NCBI GenBank assembly: GCA_963662545.2
Contig: CAXXLL010000003.1
Location: forward strand, 1,632,001 to 1,696,000
Length of the DNA stretch: 64,000 bases
Direction of reading: 5' to 3'
DNA from: Gammaproteobacteria bacterium
GTDB lineage: Bacteria > Pseudomonadota > Gammaproteobacteria > Ga0077536
Shown one piece after another: positions 49,180 through 59,666 of this stretch. Under the pieces are notes generated by a model. It saw only the letters and a program-made list of their open reading frames with translations. It did not search any database and was not told the DNA's origin. The first letter of the stretch is position 1. The number at the start of each line of letters is the position of its first letter. The translations under genes were made by a program, and so were the position numbers.

Positions 49180-49303
49180 TTGAACCTATCTCAAAATCAT
49201 CCGCGTATGCCTTGTGCCCGTAGGGCCGGGGGCGCCTCGCGCCTTGATGGTCTGCGAAAATCGCGCGCCGTGTACCGACCGATAAATTTTAGATAGGCCC
49301 TAA
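49180..49303. mobile_element. MITE family B, internally deleted copy between aspS and nadA
   Basis: Ends TTGAACCTATCTCAAAAT and ATTTTAGATAGGCCCTAA are inverted; the reverse strand contains CAAGGCGCGAGG and GCCCTACGGGC, as in the 9566 element. Confidence 0.65.
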
Positions 49304-49364
49304 ATATATGGCCGCTTGAACCGCCGATTACAAGGCAATGGGCCGCGACGGCGACCCTGGCAGC

Positions 49365-51143
49365 TCATTCCGACTTGGCGGATCCGGGTTTTCTCAGCCT
49401 GATGGAGAGTTCTCGTAGTTGGCGCTCACTTACTTCGCTAGGCGCCGAAGTCAACGGGCAGTTCGCCGATTGCGTCTTTGGAAAAGCAATGACGTCGCGA
49501 ATCGAGTGTTCTCCGGCCAGGAGCATCACTAGGCGGTCGAGCCCGAATGCGATCCCGCCGTGCGGCGGGCAGCCGTATTGCAGGGCATCGAGCAGAAAAC
49601 CGAATTTTCCTTCCGCTTCCTCGTCGTCCATGCCGAGTAACCGGAAGATCTCGCGCTGGGTTTCGTGGTGATGGATACGGATCGAACCGCCGCCGATCTC
49701 CGAGCCGTTGAGCACCATGTCGTAGGCGCGCGAAAGCGCTTCCCCCGGCGTCTGCCGGACCGTCTCGGGCGCCGCCGGCGCGGTAAACGGGTGGTGCAGG
49801 GGATCCCAGCGCGATTCTTCTCCATTCCAAGCGAACATCGGAAAATCCGTAACCCATAATGGCGCCCATCCCTCTTCGATGAGGCCTAGATCCTCTCCAA
49901 GCTTATCGCGCAGCGCTGCCAGCGCGTCATTGACCACGCGTGCTTTGTCCGCACCGAAGAATACGAGATCCCCATCCTTGGCTTCCGTACGGGAGAGAAT
50001 CTCGGCGACGACTTCATCGGGTAGAAATTTTAGGATCGGCGACTGCAATCCATCTTTGCCCGCCGCACGTTCGTTGATCTTGATGTATGCGAGGCCCTTG
50101 GCGCCGTAGATACTGACGAATTCGGTGTAGCCGTCGATTTGTTTGCGCGTGAGCTTGCCGCCGCCGGGGGCGCGCAGCGCGGCGACGCGGCCTTGGGCAT
50201 CCTGCGCCGGGGTGGCAAATACGTTGAACTCAACGTTTTCCATGAGATCGCCTACCTCGACGAGTTCGAGGGGATTACGCAGGTCCGGTCGATCGGTTCC
50301 GAAACGCCGCATCGCCTCGGCGAAAGTAAGCCGGGGAAAAGGCTTGGGGAGATCAATATCCGCAACGTTTTTGAACAAGGCCCAGATCAGCGCTTCCATG
50401 AGTTTCGTGATCGCGGTTTCATCGACGAAGGACATCTCGACGTCGAGCTGGGTGAATTCCGGTTGGCGATCGGCACGCAGATCCTCATCGCGGAAACAGC
50501 GCACGATCTGGTAGTAACGATCCATGCCTGACATCATCAGTAATTGCTTGAATAGCTGCGGCGACTGGGGGAGCGCAAAGAAGCGCCCCTGGTGCGTACG
50601 GCTGGGGACGAGGTAATCCCGGGCTCCTTCCGGGGTCGCCTTAGTCAGCATCGGCGTTTCGATCTCAAGAAACCCGGCGCCATCGAGAAAACGGCGAAGT
50701 TCGCGCGCGACCCTTGCGCGCAAGCGCAGATTCTCCCGCATGCGGTCCGTTCTCAAGTCGATATACCGGTACTTGAGGCGCGTATCGTCGTGAACGTGTT
50801 GGTCGTCCAACTGAAAGGGCGGCGTCAGCGATTCGTTGAGGATTTCCAGGTCCTTGATCAATACTTCGACCTTGCCGGTCGCCATCTCAGGATTTTCCGT
50901 GCCCGCGGGGCGAAAACGAACGCGACCCGTCGCCCTGAGTACGAACTCGCCTCGGACCTGCTCGGCGATCGCGAAACTCTCCGGGGTATCGGGGTCAATC
51001 ACGATTTGAGCAATGCCTTCCCGATCCCGCAGATCGATGAAGATGACGCCGCCATGGTCCCGTCGGCGATGGACCCAGCCGCACAGTGTCAGCCCCTGAT
51101 CGACCAGGTGCTCGTCGAGTTCGCCGCAATAATGAGTTCTCAT
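49365..51143 (-). CDS. aspS: Aspartate--tRNA ligase
   Basis: [52 protein letters not shown]. Confidence 0.98.
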   Translation of the reverse strand: MRTHYCGELDEHLVDQGLTLCGWVHRRRDHGGVIFIDLRDREGIAQIVIDPDTPESFAIAEQVRGEFVLRATGRVRFRPAGTENPEMATGKVEVLIKDLEILNESLTPPFQLDDQHVHDDTRLKYRYIDLRTDRMRENLRLRARVARELRRFLDGAGFLEIETPMLTKATPEGARDYLVPSRTHQGRFFALPQSPQLFKQLLMMSGMDRYYQIVRCFRDEDLRADRQPEFTQLDVEMSFVDETAITKLMEALIWALFKNVADIDLPKPFPRLTFAEAMRRFGTDRPDLRNPLELVEVGDLMENVEFNVFATPAQDAQGRVAALRAPGGGKLTRKQIDGYTEFVSIYGAKGLAYIKINERAAGKDGLQSPILKFLPDEVVAEILSRTEAKDGDLVFFGADKARVVNDALAALRDKLGEDLGLIEEGWAPLWVTDFPMFAWNGEESRWDPLHHPFTAPAAPETVRQTPGEALSRAYDMVLNGSEIGGGSIRIHHHETQREIFRLLGMDDEEAEGKFGFLLDALQYGCPPHGGIAFGLDRLVMLLAGEHSIRDVIAFPKTQSANCPLTSAPSEVSERQLRELSIRLRKPGSAKSE

Positions 51144-51283
51144 GGAAATCAGGTCAGGATCGCCGCTGACGCGGGAAGGGCGGCATGATACGGACTGCCG
51201 CGAAGGCCCGCAATCGGGCCGGAAGCCCGCGCTTTTGGTGCAGGGAGCGGATACCGGCGCGCTTTCGTCAAATAAGTCGGTGC

Positions 51284-51616
51284 TCAGTCACCCGCCGTCG
51301 AACTGGAGGCCTTGCCCGACGCCTCGCCATTAGATTTCTTGGTCTCCGAAGACGCGTCTTTCTTTGTTTCGCTCTTGGAATCCTTGGCGCCCTCCTTATC
51401 GGCTTCGCCTTCTTTTTTGGCGGGTGGTTTTCCCTTGTTCTTGAAATCGGTTTCGTACCAACCCGTCCCCTTGAGCTGGAATGCAACTTTCGACATCAAC
51501 TTTTTTAGACCGTCTTTGGAACACGATGGGCAGGTCTTGAGCAGATCTTCAGTGATCCGCTGCATGACTTCGAGCTTATGGCCACATTCCCGGCACTGGT
51601 ATTCATAAATCGGCAT
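51284..51616 (-). CDS. FmdB family zinc-ribbon protein
   Basis: [13 protein letters not shown]...CPSC...[13 protein letters not shown]; typical position upstream of aspS. Confidence 0.9.
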   Translation of the reverse strand: MPIYEYQCRECGHKLEVMQRITEDLLKTCPSCSKDGLKKLMSKVAFQLKGTGWYETDFKNKGKPPAKKEGEADKEGAKDSKSETKKDASSETKKSNGEASGKASSSTAGD

Positions 51617-51943
51617 CAAGGGTTCTCTGCATCCGAAGAGCGAGAGATCATGGAGATATATATTCAAATATCAAGTAATTCGCTCAATTGGGATGCGCAC
51701 GGAGAGATGCATACCGGCGTCTACGGCGCTCTTGTCAACCTACCCGGTATCCTGGCGGTCGACGATTCGAGTGGCGTGTACTTGGTAGGAAGGATTAGTT
51801 AGGATCGCGGCCCGAATCGGCGTGGCTGAGCGGCGGTCGGCGTAACGGGCCGAGCCCGGGCCCTGCTCGGGCCGGCGCGAACGGCCGGGGCCAATCAAAG
51901 TCCCCAACTTCGCGCCATCAAGGGCCGGTACCGCATAAATTCA

Positions 51944-52019
51944 GGGCCGTTAGCTCAGTTGGTAGAGCACCGGACTTTTAATCCGATGGTCGTAGGTTCG
52001 ATTCCTACACGGCCCACCA
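51944..52019 (+). tRNA. tRNA-Lys (anticodon TTT)
   Basis: GGGCCGT/ACGGCCC acceptor stem, TAGCTCAGTTGGTAGAGC D arm, CTTTTAA anticodon loop, GGTTCGATTCC T arm, encoded CCA; 76 nt. Confidence 0.97.
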
Positions 52020-52154
52020 TTTCATACCGAAGCCCTTCGAAATGCCGCGAATCGCATTGTCGCAGTTGCGAGGCGAGCGGGACCGCAGGATTGATTCCGT
52101 TGTTTTCAACGCGCATGGCGGCGCGCAAGCTGCCAAAGCCGCCATCCGTCCGCG

Positions 52155-53180
52155 TCAAGAAAAGGCCGGGATCACCTGCTCGCCAAACAAGCGCAACGAG
52201 CGCTCGAACATTGAGGTCGGGATCCCCGGTAGCTGCATGCGGCATATGACCTCGGTCGGCGCGAGTTCGTCTCGAAGCTCACGGATGCTTTCGGTCACCA
52301 TGGCCGGATCACCGATGATGTAGCGGGACGCGAAACTGCGGAAGTCGACTTCGTTTTCAGATTGCACGATCTCGCCTTGATCGTTGCGCAACTCTCGCTC
52401 CCCTTCGCCCGATTTTCGGCCATAGAGTCCGAACAGCTCCACGATGGCGGGACCGGCCAGGTCTTCTGCTTCTGCCAGGCTTGGAGCCACGAAGAGTTCG
52501 CGGATGATCGGCCGTTCACGCGTCGCGAAACCGATTTCGGCGGCCGCCGCGTCGTAGCGGGCATAGTGTGCCTTGAGTTCTTCGTTGGTGTGTCGGGGCG
52601 ATGCGGTGACCGGACATTTGCGCCGCGCTGCGCGCTTGAGCAGCTTGGGGCCGGAAACGCCGTACCAGATGGGGATCGGGTTCTGCACCGGGCGCGGTAC
52701 AACACGCGTCGGCGGCACCGTGTAGAAACGACCGCGGTAGGCGAGGATTTCGCTGGCCCAGGATGCTTCGAGAATATCGAGGATTTCTTCGGAGCGGCCG
52801 AATCGCTCGTCATGCGGCACCTGGTAGGCCGTGAACTCCTCCGACACGTATCCCGGTGCCACACCCAGGGTGAGACGCCCGTTCGACAGATTATCGAGGG
52901 TGATCACATCCTCGACCAGCCGCAGCGGATCGTAGAGCGGCAAAATCAGTATGTTGCTGACCAGGCGCAGGCGCCGGGTAAGGCCGGCAGCTTGCGCCAG
53001 GACAATCAATGGGCTCGGCGCCCAACCGTTGTCCTGAAAATGATGCTCGGTCGTTTGGAAAGAGTCGAAACCGAGCGATTCGGCGAGCGGCAGCAGGCGT
53101 TCGAGTTCCTGAAAGGTATCCCGGTGCGTCATCGAGCCGTCGCGCGGGGTAATGAAACTGTACATTAAACCGAATCGCAT
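52155..53180 (-). CDS. Luciferase-like (LLM class) flavin-dependent oxidoreductase
   Basis: MRFG, AESLGFD..TEHHF, PSPL, DNLSNGRLTLGVAPGY, LRLFGEQVIP. Confidence 0.88.
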   Translation of the reverse strand: MRFGLMYSFITPRDGSMTHRDTFQELERLLPLAESLGFDSFQTTEHHFQDNGWAPSPLIVLAQAAGLTRRLRLVSNILILPLYDPLRLVEDVITLDNLSNGRLTLGVAPGYVSEEFTAYQVPHDERFGRSEEILDILEASWASEILAYRGRFYTVPPTRVVPRPVQNPIPIWYGVSGPKLLKRAARRKCPVTASPRHTNEELKAHYARYDAAAAEIGFATRERPIIRELFVAPSLAEAEDLAGPAIVELFGLYGRKSGEGERELRNDQGEIVQSENEVDFRSFASRYIIGDPAMVTESIRELRDELAPTEVICRMQLPGIPTSMFERSLRLFGEQVIPAFS

Positions 53181-53404
53181 ACACCCACCTCGTATAGCCG
53201 GCCGACTGCATGGAGGACGGCTGCCGAGTTCGATAACGTCGCCCGACGGGATCTTCGGTGTATGGAGAATTGTTGATTCGCCAGATCGACCGCCGATGCG
53301 GGACAGCAGGACGGCTCATGATAACCAAAGCGATCAATACGAACAGGTGTGCACCGCCGCCGCATTAGGTGGCGCGCGGAGTGCGGATTCGGGCGTTCAG
53401 GCGA

Positions 53405-53707
53405 TCAAGCGGCGCGAGAGAAGCGTTCCGGTTGCGGCAAATGCTCGACGTTTTGAGTGTCAGGGACGGGTAAATCATCCGCCCGCGCGGAGCCCGAACT
53501 GCGCATCACGTTGGTGATCTCGCAAAGCCGCGCCGTGATGAAGGCGCTGGCGGCGCCAATCAGGCAGTATTTAAACGCGATCAACAGAAGCGGCTCAGGG
53601 ACGGAGGCCGCGAACCAAAGTGCACCGATCAACGCGAAGCCGGCGCCCAGGAGTGCAATCGCGCCGAGGTAGTCGAGTGAATAGCAGATCCAGTTCCGAT
53701 TCTTCAA
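53405..53707 (-). CDS. Small hypothetical membrane protein (two hydrophobic segments)
   Basis: 100-codon ORF with two TM-like stretches; no family recognised. Confidence 0.45.
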   Translation of the reverse strand: MKNRNWICYSLDYLGAIALLGAGFALIGALWFAASVPEPLLLIAFKYCLIGAASAFITARLCEITNVMRSSGSARADDLPVPDTQNVEHLPQPERFSRAA

Positions 53708-53966
53708 TTCATTGGTCCGTGATGGAGGCCTTTTTGAGATTCTTCTTGGGCGGCTGTTTTACGTTGGACGCTAATATATCGAAGATAGGACGGAAAACTG
53801 TTAAATGCGCCACAGTGAACGCAGATTTAACACAATTTAATGTTCGGGTGGTGGCGATCGTCGGTGCTGTGTGCTGAGGCCCGTGATGGAAAGACCGGCC
53901 CCATCACGGCCAGAAAATACTCAAGTGCCGGAAATTCGCGGCTTTGCGCCGCACAGGGCGTGGCAC

Positions 53967-54314
53967 CTACCAGTTCCATACATCTACCGAAACGCTGGTG
54001 CAGGGTGTCCAGGCTGCCCCAGCACAGCCAATAGGCGGGGTAACGATTAATGACGCCGGGTTACCCGCCGTGGCATCGTAAATCTTCGCTGCCAGCGCCT
54101 GCCGACCCGGATAGCGTTGCCGTATGTTTTCCCGCCGGGGGCCGAGCGTGCCCATCAGCGAACCGCCCCTCATCGGGTGGCAGGCGAGGCCGTTGCCCCT
54201 GTCCCGTGCGAAGGCGAGTTCGCGACCCGTATTACGGGCATCGGTGTCCGACGCGCGCAGTAAAGCGGGGGGAAACAATACCAGGGAAATCACCGCGGCC
54301 GCGGCTAGTCCCAT
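53967..54314 (-). pseudogene. soxX: Degenerate SoxX-like cytochrome c
   Basis: GRELAFARDRGNGLACH...GTLGP...RYP...KIYDAT..NP resembles SoxX, but CxxCH has become GxxCH and the MPPFG-type motif reads TPPIG. Confidence 0.65.
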
Positions 54315-54391
54315 TCAATTCCGCGGCACTTCGGGATCGCTAACCCGCATTTCCGAACACCCGCGCAACGGGCCGCGGTGAGCGATTCGAT

Positions 54392-55858
54392 CTAGCGGCG
54401 GCCGCGCCTGTCTTTTTCAATTTTCTGAATGGTGTCTTGGACTTCTTCGAGGCGCGCGATGATCTTCTGGCGCTGGTAATTCGTCAGCCCGGGCGTCGCC
54501 CGTGCGATGCGCAACTGCTCGGCAGCGTGCGGAAACTCGCCCACGCTCAGGTAGTATTCAGCCAGCGAATGATGTGAGTTGGCCTTCTCCCCAAGTTTTG
54601 TCTCAGCCTCGGCAAGGTATTTGTAGAATTTCGGATCGCGCCGATCTGCAAGCCCGTACTCGCCTAACAGATCCTTGGCTTCATCAGGCCGGTCAACCAG
54701 GATCAAGGCGTTGATGTAGCCGTAGATCGAGGCCCGGTTTTCGGGTTCGAGTTCATATGCCTTCTTGTAATGCAGCAGCGACGCATCGAAATCGTTCGCT
54801 TTCTGTTCGAGTTGGCCCGCGGCAATACGAAACGGTACCAAGGTGGGATAGTCCGCCATGAGTTTCAGGAGTTCGATGCGGGCTTTCTCGAATTCGCCGG
54901 TCTCAATCAGCGCAAGGGCGTAACCGTAGCGCGCGACCTCTTCATAGCGATACTCGCCATTTCGAAGCTTTGCTTGAAAAAAGTGGCGGGCTTGGACCGG
55001 GTCGCGCGCGGAGCCCACCTGGAGCTTGGTCTTGATGAGGTAATACTTATAACTGTCTTCGCGGATGATCGCGGGCTTGACGCGCTCGGCGCGGCTTCTG
55101 GCTTCAGCGATGCGATTAACCGTGATCGGATGCGACCGCAGGTATTCGGGAATTTGTTTCGGATCCGTGTAGCGGCTCGCGCGCTGCATGCGTTCGAAGA
55201 ACACCGCCATCTTCTGGGTATCGTATCCAGCCTGGCTCATGAGCCTGATCCCGATGTTGTCCGCCTCTTTTTCGTTCCCGCGGGTGAAATTTATCTGGTG
55301 TTGCTGCGCCGCGGCCTGCGTCGCAATCAACGCCGCTGAGCCGGCTTCGGGATTGACTGCCGCCAGGGCTATCGCGCCGATCATGGCCGCGATCATGGGA
55401 ATGTTCATCTGCGACGCTTCCTCGATCATGCGCGCGGCGTGACGTTGCGTGACGTGCGATATTTCGTGTGCGATGACGGACGCGAGTTCCGCCTCGCTTT
55501 GCGTCTCGAGGATCAGGCCTGAATAAAACGCAACGAGGCCACCCGGCACGGCGAAAGCGTTGATCGCAGGGCTGTCGATGACGAGAAAGGTGAATTCGCC
55601 GTAGTAACCGGTCAACTCGCTCATGCTCTCGCCGAGTTCCTGGATGTAATCCTCGACTTCTTCATCGGTCATGAGAGGCGCGAGGCGGCGAATCTGACGC
55701 ATGAAATCCTCGCCGATTCTCTTCTCCTGTTCAGGTGAAATGAGCGCGCCGGCGGAGTCGCCGAAATCAGGCAGTTCGATCAATTCCTGCGCCGCCGTGG
55801 ACAGTGCAAAGATGAGGCATGCGGCCGCAGTGAAGATGCGATCAAATCCAATTTTCAT
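54392..55858 (-). CDS. bepA: BepA/YfgC-like M48 metalloprotease with TPRs
   Basis: LPDFGDSA, INAFAVPGG, AHEISHVTQRH, FTRGNEKEAD, PEYLRSHP; start taken at ATG 55858. Confidence 0.88.
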   Translation of the reverse strand: MKIGFDRIFTAAACLIFALSTAAQELIELPDFGDSAGALISPEQEKRIGEDFMRQIRRLAPLMTDEEVEDYIQELGESMSELTGYYGEFTFLVIDSPAINAFAVPGGLVAFYSGLILETQSEAELASVIAHEISHVTQRHAARMIEEASQMNIPMIAAMIGAIALAAVNPEAGSAALIATQAAAQQHQINFTRGNEKEADNIGIRLMSQAGYDTQKMAVFFERMQRASRYTDPKQIPEYLRSHPITVNRIAEARSRAERVKPAIIREDSYKYYLIKTKLQVGSARDPVQARHFFQAKLRNGEYRYEEVARYGYALALIETGEFEKARIELLKLMADYPTLVPFRIAAGQLEQKANDFDASLLHYKKAYELEPENRASIYGYINALILVDRPDEAKDLLGEYGLADRRDPKFYKYLAEAETKLGEKANSHHSLAEYYLSVGEFPHAAEQLRIARATPGLTNYQRQKIIARLEEVQDTIQKIEKDRRGRR

Positions 55859-56161
55859 GATGCCGTTGCGCTCAATTGCAATGCCTACACAGTAACATAG
55901 GACCGGTCTTGCCGAAGCCTTGCCCTTAACACCATTAAAGTTGGATTTCGCGGCCCTAATCCCAGCTCGCCGGGCAAGCCGGACCGCACCCTCCAACGTT
56001 GACGACGTTAGCCGAGGCCTCGCCCCGACGATATCCATGCGACGCAGGAAACTCTGACATAATCACGATCCCCTTGAATAAACCTGCCTGAACGCGCCAA
56101 GCTTTTTGAAAACCGAAGCCGTTTTACCCACGGAACACTCATTTTTACCCGAAACTGTGAA

Positions 56162-57433
56162 TTGACTGTGGAGAAACGAAACGCGTTTTACGCCCAATCG
56201 GGCGGGGTCACCGCCGTCATCAACGCTTCGGCCTGCGGCGTGATCGAGGCGGCGCGTAAACACCCCGAGCGTATCAGCAAAGTCTACGCCGGTCGTAACG
56301 GCATCCTCGGCGCCCTCACCGAGGATCTCATCGATACCTCAGTCGAATCGGACGCCGACATCGCTGCGCTGCGCCATACGCCCTCGGGCGCGTTCGGTTC
56401 GTGCCGCTACAAGCTCAAGGGCGTCGACGCGCATCGCGCCGAATACGATCGCCTCCTGCAAGTGTTCAAAGCCCATGACATCGGTTATTTTTTCTACAAC
56501 GGCGGCGGTGATTCGCAAGATACGTCCAACAAAGTGGCCGAGTTCAGTCGTGAAGCCGGCTATCCGCTGATTTGCGTCGGCATTCCCAAGACCGTCGACA
56601 ACGATCTACCCGCCACGGACACCTGCCCGGGTTTCGGCTCGGTTGCCAAATACGTCGCCGTGTCGATTCGCGAAGCCGGCTTTGACGTAGCCTCCATGGC
56701 AAAAACTTCGACCAAGGTCTTCGTCATGGAGGTCATGGGCCGCCACACCGGCTGGATTGCAGCGGCCGGCGGTCTCGCCAGCACGGCGCCGGGCGAAGCG
56801 CCACACCTTATTCTGTTCCCCGAAGTGAGCTTCAACGAACCGGATTTCATTCGGCGCGTCGACGAATGCGTCAAAGCTTACGGTTACTGCGCCATCGTCG
56901 TATCCGAAGGGCTGAAGAACGCCGCGGGTCGATTCGTAGCGGAAGCGGGAACGCGAGACGCCTTCGGGCATGCGCAACTCGGCGGCGTGGCGCCTGTGAT
57001 CGCGCAATTGATCAAAGACGCGCTCGGTTACAAGTTTCACTGGGCAGTTGCCGATTATCTACAGCGCGCCGCGAGGCATATCGCTTCCGGCACGGACGTC
57101 GAGCAAGCTTACGCGCTCGGTCGCGCGGCGGTCGAAATGGCGCTCGCCGGTGAGAACGACGTCATGGTGACGATCATCAGGTTGTCCGATGAGCCTTATC
57201 GATGGGAGATCGGCAAGGTCCCGCTCGCGGAGGTTGCCAACGTCGAGAAAAAAATGCCGCCGGAATTCATCACGCAAGACGGTTATGGGATCACCGAGCC
57301 GTGCCGGCGTTATCTGGCGCCGCTCATCGTGGGCGAAGACTATCCGCCCTACTGCGACGGCCTGCCACGCTACGTCACTCTCAAGAACCAGGCGGTGCCG
57401 CGTAAACTCGCCGCGACCTTTGAACCGGCCTGA
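56162..57433 (+). CDS. pfp: Phosphofructokinase, PPi-dependent type
   Basis: AQSGGVTAVIN, NGGGDS (Asp at the PPi-specifying position), PKTVDND, EVMGRH. Confidence 0.85.
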   Translation: MTVEKRNAFYAQSGGVTAVINASACGVIEAARKHPERISKVYAGRNGILGALTEDLIDTSVESDADIAALRHTPSGAFGSCRYKLKGVDAHRAEYDRLLQVFKAHDIGYFFYNGGGDSQDTSNKVAEFSREAGYPLICVGIPKTVDNDLPATDTCPGFGSVAKYVAVSIREAGFDVASMAKTSTKVFVMEVMGRHTGWIAAAGGLASTAPGEAPHLILFPEVSFNEPDFIRRVDECVKAYGYCAIVVSEGLKNAAGRFVAEAGTRDAFGHAQLGGVAPVIAQLIKDALGYKFHWAVADYLQRAARHIASGTDVEQAYALGRAAVEMALAGENDVMVTIIRLSDEPYRWEIGKVPLAEVANVEKKMPPEFITQDGYGITEPCRRYLAPLIVGEDYPPYCDGLPRYVTLKNQAVPRKLAATFEPA

Positions 57434-57547
57434 TTCCAAAGTACAATCTGCCGCGCTCATCCGGGGGGATGACAGGCAAATTCCGGCTTAATTCGGCCGA
57501 TTTTCTGCTTTTTTTTTACAGCGATCTGCTAGCTGAGGGCTTTTCTC

Positions 57548-59560
57548 ATGTCCGCAATTTGGTTTTCCATCCTCTGTGGCCTGGTCGCCCTTGCATACGG
57601 TGCGTGGTCTGTACGCTGGATACTGGCACAACCACAGGGTAATGAACGTATGCGTGAAATCGCGGCCGCCATACAGCAGGGCGCGACGGCTTATCTCAAT
57701 CGTCAGTACTCCACCATTGCCATCGCGGGCGCCATTTTATTTGGGGCACTCTATTTCGCGCTGGGTGGTCTGACGGCCATCGGTTTTCTCATCGGCGCAG
57801 TCCTCTCCGGCGCGACCGGCTACATCGGCATGAACATCTCGGTACGGTCGAATCTGAGAACCGCCGAAGCCGCCAACAGCGGCATGAACGCCGCATTGCA
57901 GGTCGCGTTCCGCGGCGGCGCCATCACCGGCTTACTCGTAGTCGGGCTGGGGTTGCTCGGGGTCGCGGGCTTCTACGGTGTGCTCTTAAGCCTGGGTCAG
58001 GGTGACAACCTGACGCCCCTGCTGGGGCTTGCCTTCGGCGGCTCGCTGATTTCCATTTTCGCCCGCCTCGGTGGCGGCATCTTCACCAAGGGCGCCGACG
58101 TCGGCGCCGACCTCGTCGGCAAGGTCGAAGTCGGCATCCCCGAAGATGATCCGCGCAACCCCGCGGTCATCGCCGACAACGTCGGTGACAACGTTGGTGA
58201 TTGCGCGGGCATGGCCGCCGATCTCTTCGAAACCTACGCAGTCACGGTGATCGCAACCATGCTCCTCGGCAGTCTCGCCTTGAGCGAGGTCGGACCGAAC
58301 GGCGTCATCTATCCGCTGGTGCTCGGCGGCGTCTCGATCCTGGCCTCGGTCGTCGGCACCTTCTTCGTCAAAATCAGCGAGGGCGGCAGTGTCATGGGCG
58401 CACTCTACCGCGGTCTCATCGTTGCCGGCGTGCTCGCAGCCATCGCCTTTTTACCGGTGACCTGGTTCTTGATGGCGGAATCCACATACAGCGTGATGAG
58501 CCTGTTCGGCTGCGCCGTCATCGGACTCTTGCTGACCGCCGCGCTGGTCTGGATCACGGAGTATTACACCGGCACCGAATACGGCCCGGTCCGGCACATC
58601 GCCGCGGCGTCGGAAACCGGACACGCAACCAATGTCATCGCCGGCATCGGCGTTTCAATGAAGGCCTGCGCGATGCCGGTACTCGCGATTTGCGCCGCCA
58701 TTTACTTCGCTTATGACTGGGCCGAACTCTACGGCATCGCGATCGCCGCCACCTCGATGCTGTCGATGACCGGCATCATCGTCGCGCTGGACGCCTTTGG
58801 TCCGATCACCGACAACGCCGGCGGCATCGCGGAGATGGCCAACTTACCCGAAAAGATCCGCGCCATCACCGACCCGCTCGACGCGGTCGGAAACACCACC
58901 AAGGCCGTGACCAAGGGCTACGCCATCGGATCGGCCGCTCTGGCGGCCTTGGTATTGTTCGCCGACTACACCCACGAACTCGAGAAAGTGAGCGGCGTGC
59001 ATTTCGAATTCATGCTGTCCGACCCCCGTGTCATCATCGGCCTGTTCATCGGCGGCATGGTGCCCTATCTTTTCGCCGCGATGGCCATGGAGGCCGTCGG
59101 GCGTGCCGCCGGGTCTGTCGTACTCGAAGTGCGCCGACAGTTTCGTGAGATTGACGGCATTATGGAAGGCACGGCGAAACCCGACTATACGCGGGCCGTG
59201 GATTTGCTGACCAAGGCGGCCATCAAGGAAATGATCATCCCGTCGCTGCTACCCATATTTGTCCCGGTTCTGGTCGGGTTCATTCTCGGGCCTGTTGCGC
59301 TCGGCGGATTGCTACTTGGCTCCATCATCACCGGCTTGTTCGTCGCCATTTCGATGACGACGGGCGGCGGCGCCTGGGACAACGCCAAAAAATACATCGA
59401 GGACGGAAATTTCGGCGGCAAGGGCTCCGAAGCACACAAAGCGGCTGTCACCGGGGACACGGTGGGCGACCCCTACAAGGACACGGCCGGACCTGCGGTG
59501 AACCCCCTCATTAAGATCATCAATATCGTCGCCTTGTTGATCGTGCCGCTCATCGTCTAA
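57548..59560 (+). CDS. hppA: Membrane proton-translocating pyrophosphatase, K+-independent type
   Basis: [26 protein letters not shown] (Lys variant), [10 protein letters not shown]. Confidence 0.93.
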   Translation: MSAIWFSILCGLVALAYGAWSVRWILAQPQGNERMREIAAAIQQGATAYLNRQYSTIAIAGAILFGALYFALGGLTAIGFLIGAVLSGATGYIGMNISVRSNLRTAEAANSGMNAALQVAFRGGAITGLLVVGLGLLGVAGFYGVLLSLGQGDNLTPLLGLAFGGSLISIFARLGGGIFTKGADVGADLVGKVEVGIPEDDPRNPAVIADNVGDNVGDCAGMAADLFETYAVTVIATMLLGSLALSEVGPNGVIYPLVLGGVSILASVVGTFFVKISEGGSVMGALYRGLIVAGVLAAIAFLPVTWFLMAESTYSVMSLFGCAVIGLLLTAALVWITEYYTGTEYGPVRHIAAASETGHATNVIAGIGVSMKACAMPVLAICAAIYFAYDWAELYGIAIAATSMLSMTGIIVALDAFGPITDNAGGIAEMANLPEKIRAITDPLDAVGNTTKAVTKGYAIGSAALAALVLFADYTHELEKVSGVHFEFMLSDPRVIIGLFIGGMVPYLFAAMAMEAVGRAAGSVVLEVRRQFREIDGIMEGTAKPDYTRAVDLLTKAAIKEMIIPSLLPIFVPVLVGFILGPVALGGLLLGSIITGLFVAISMTTGGGAWDNAKKYIEDGNFGGKGSEAHKAAVTGDTVGDPYKDTAGPAVNPLIKIINIVALLIVPLIV

Positions 59561-59666
59561 GACCCTTACAGAAAAGGCTATTTCTACCACCGAGATTGAG
59601 CGTTATTTTATTGAGACCTTGAGGTGTCCTCGCCGGTTTAATTTGACGTTCGTGGACGTGCTTGCA

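Noticed and set aside
51955-52249. ORFs overlapping the tRNA
   Set aside because: Spurious translations of the tRNA-Lys gene and the LLM gene 3' end.
51944-54391. Intact integrative element or prophage at tRNA-Lys
   Set aside because: No integrase, phage genes or att duplication detected.
57500-57520. T9 run between pfp and hppA as an intrinsic terminator
   Set aside because: No convincing GC stem directly precedes the T tract.
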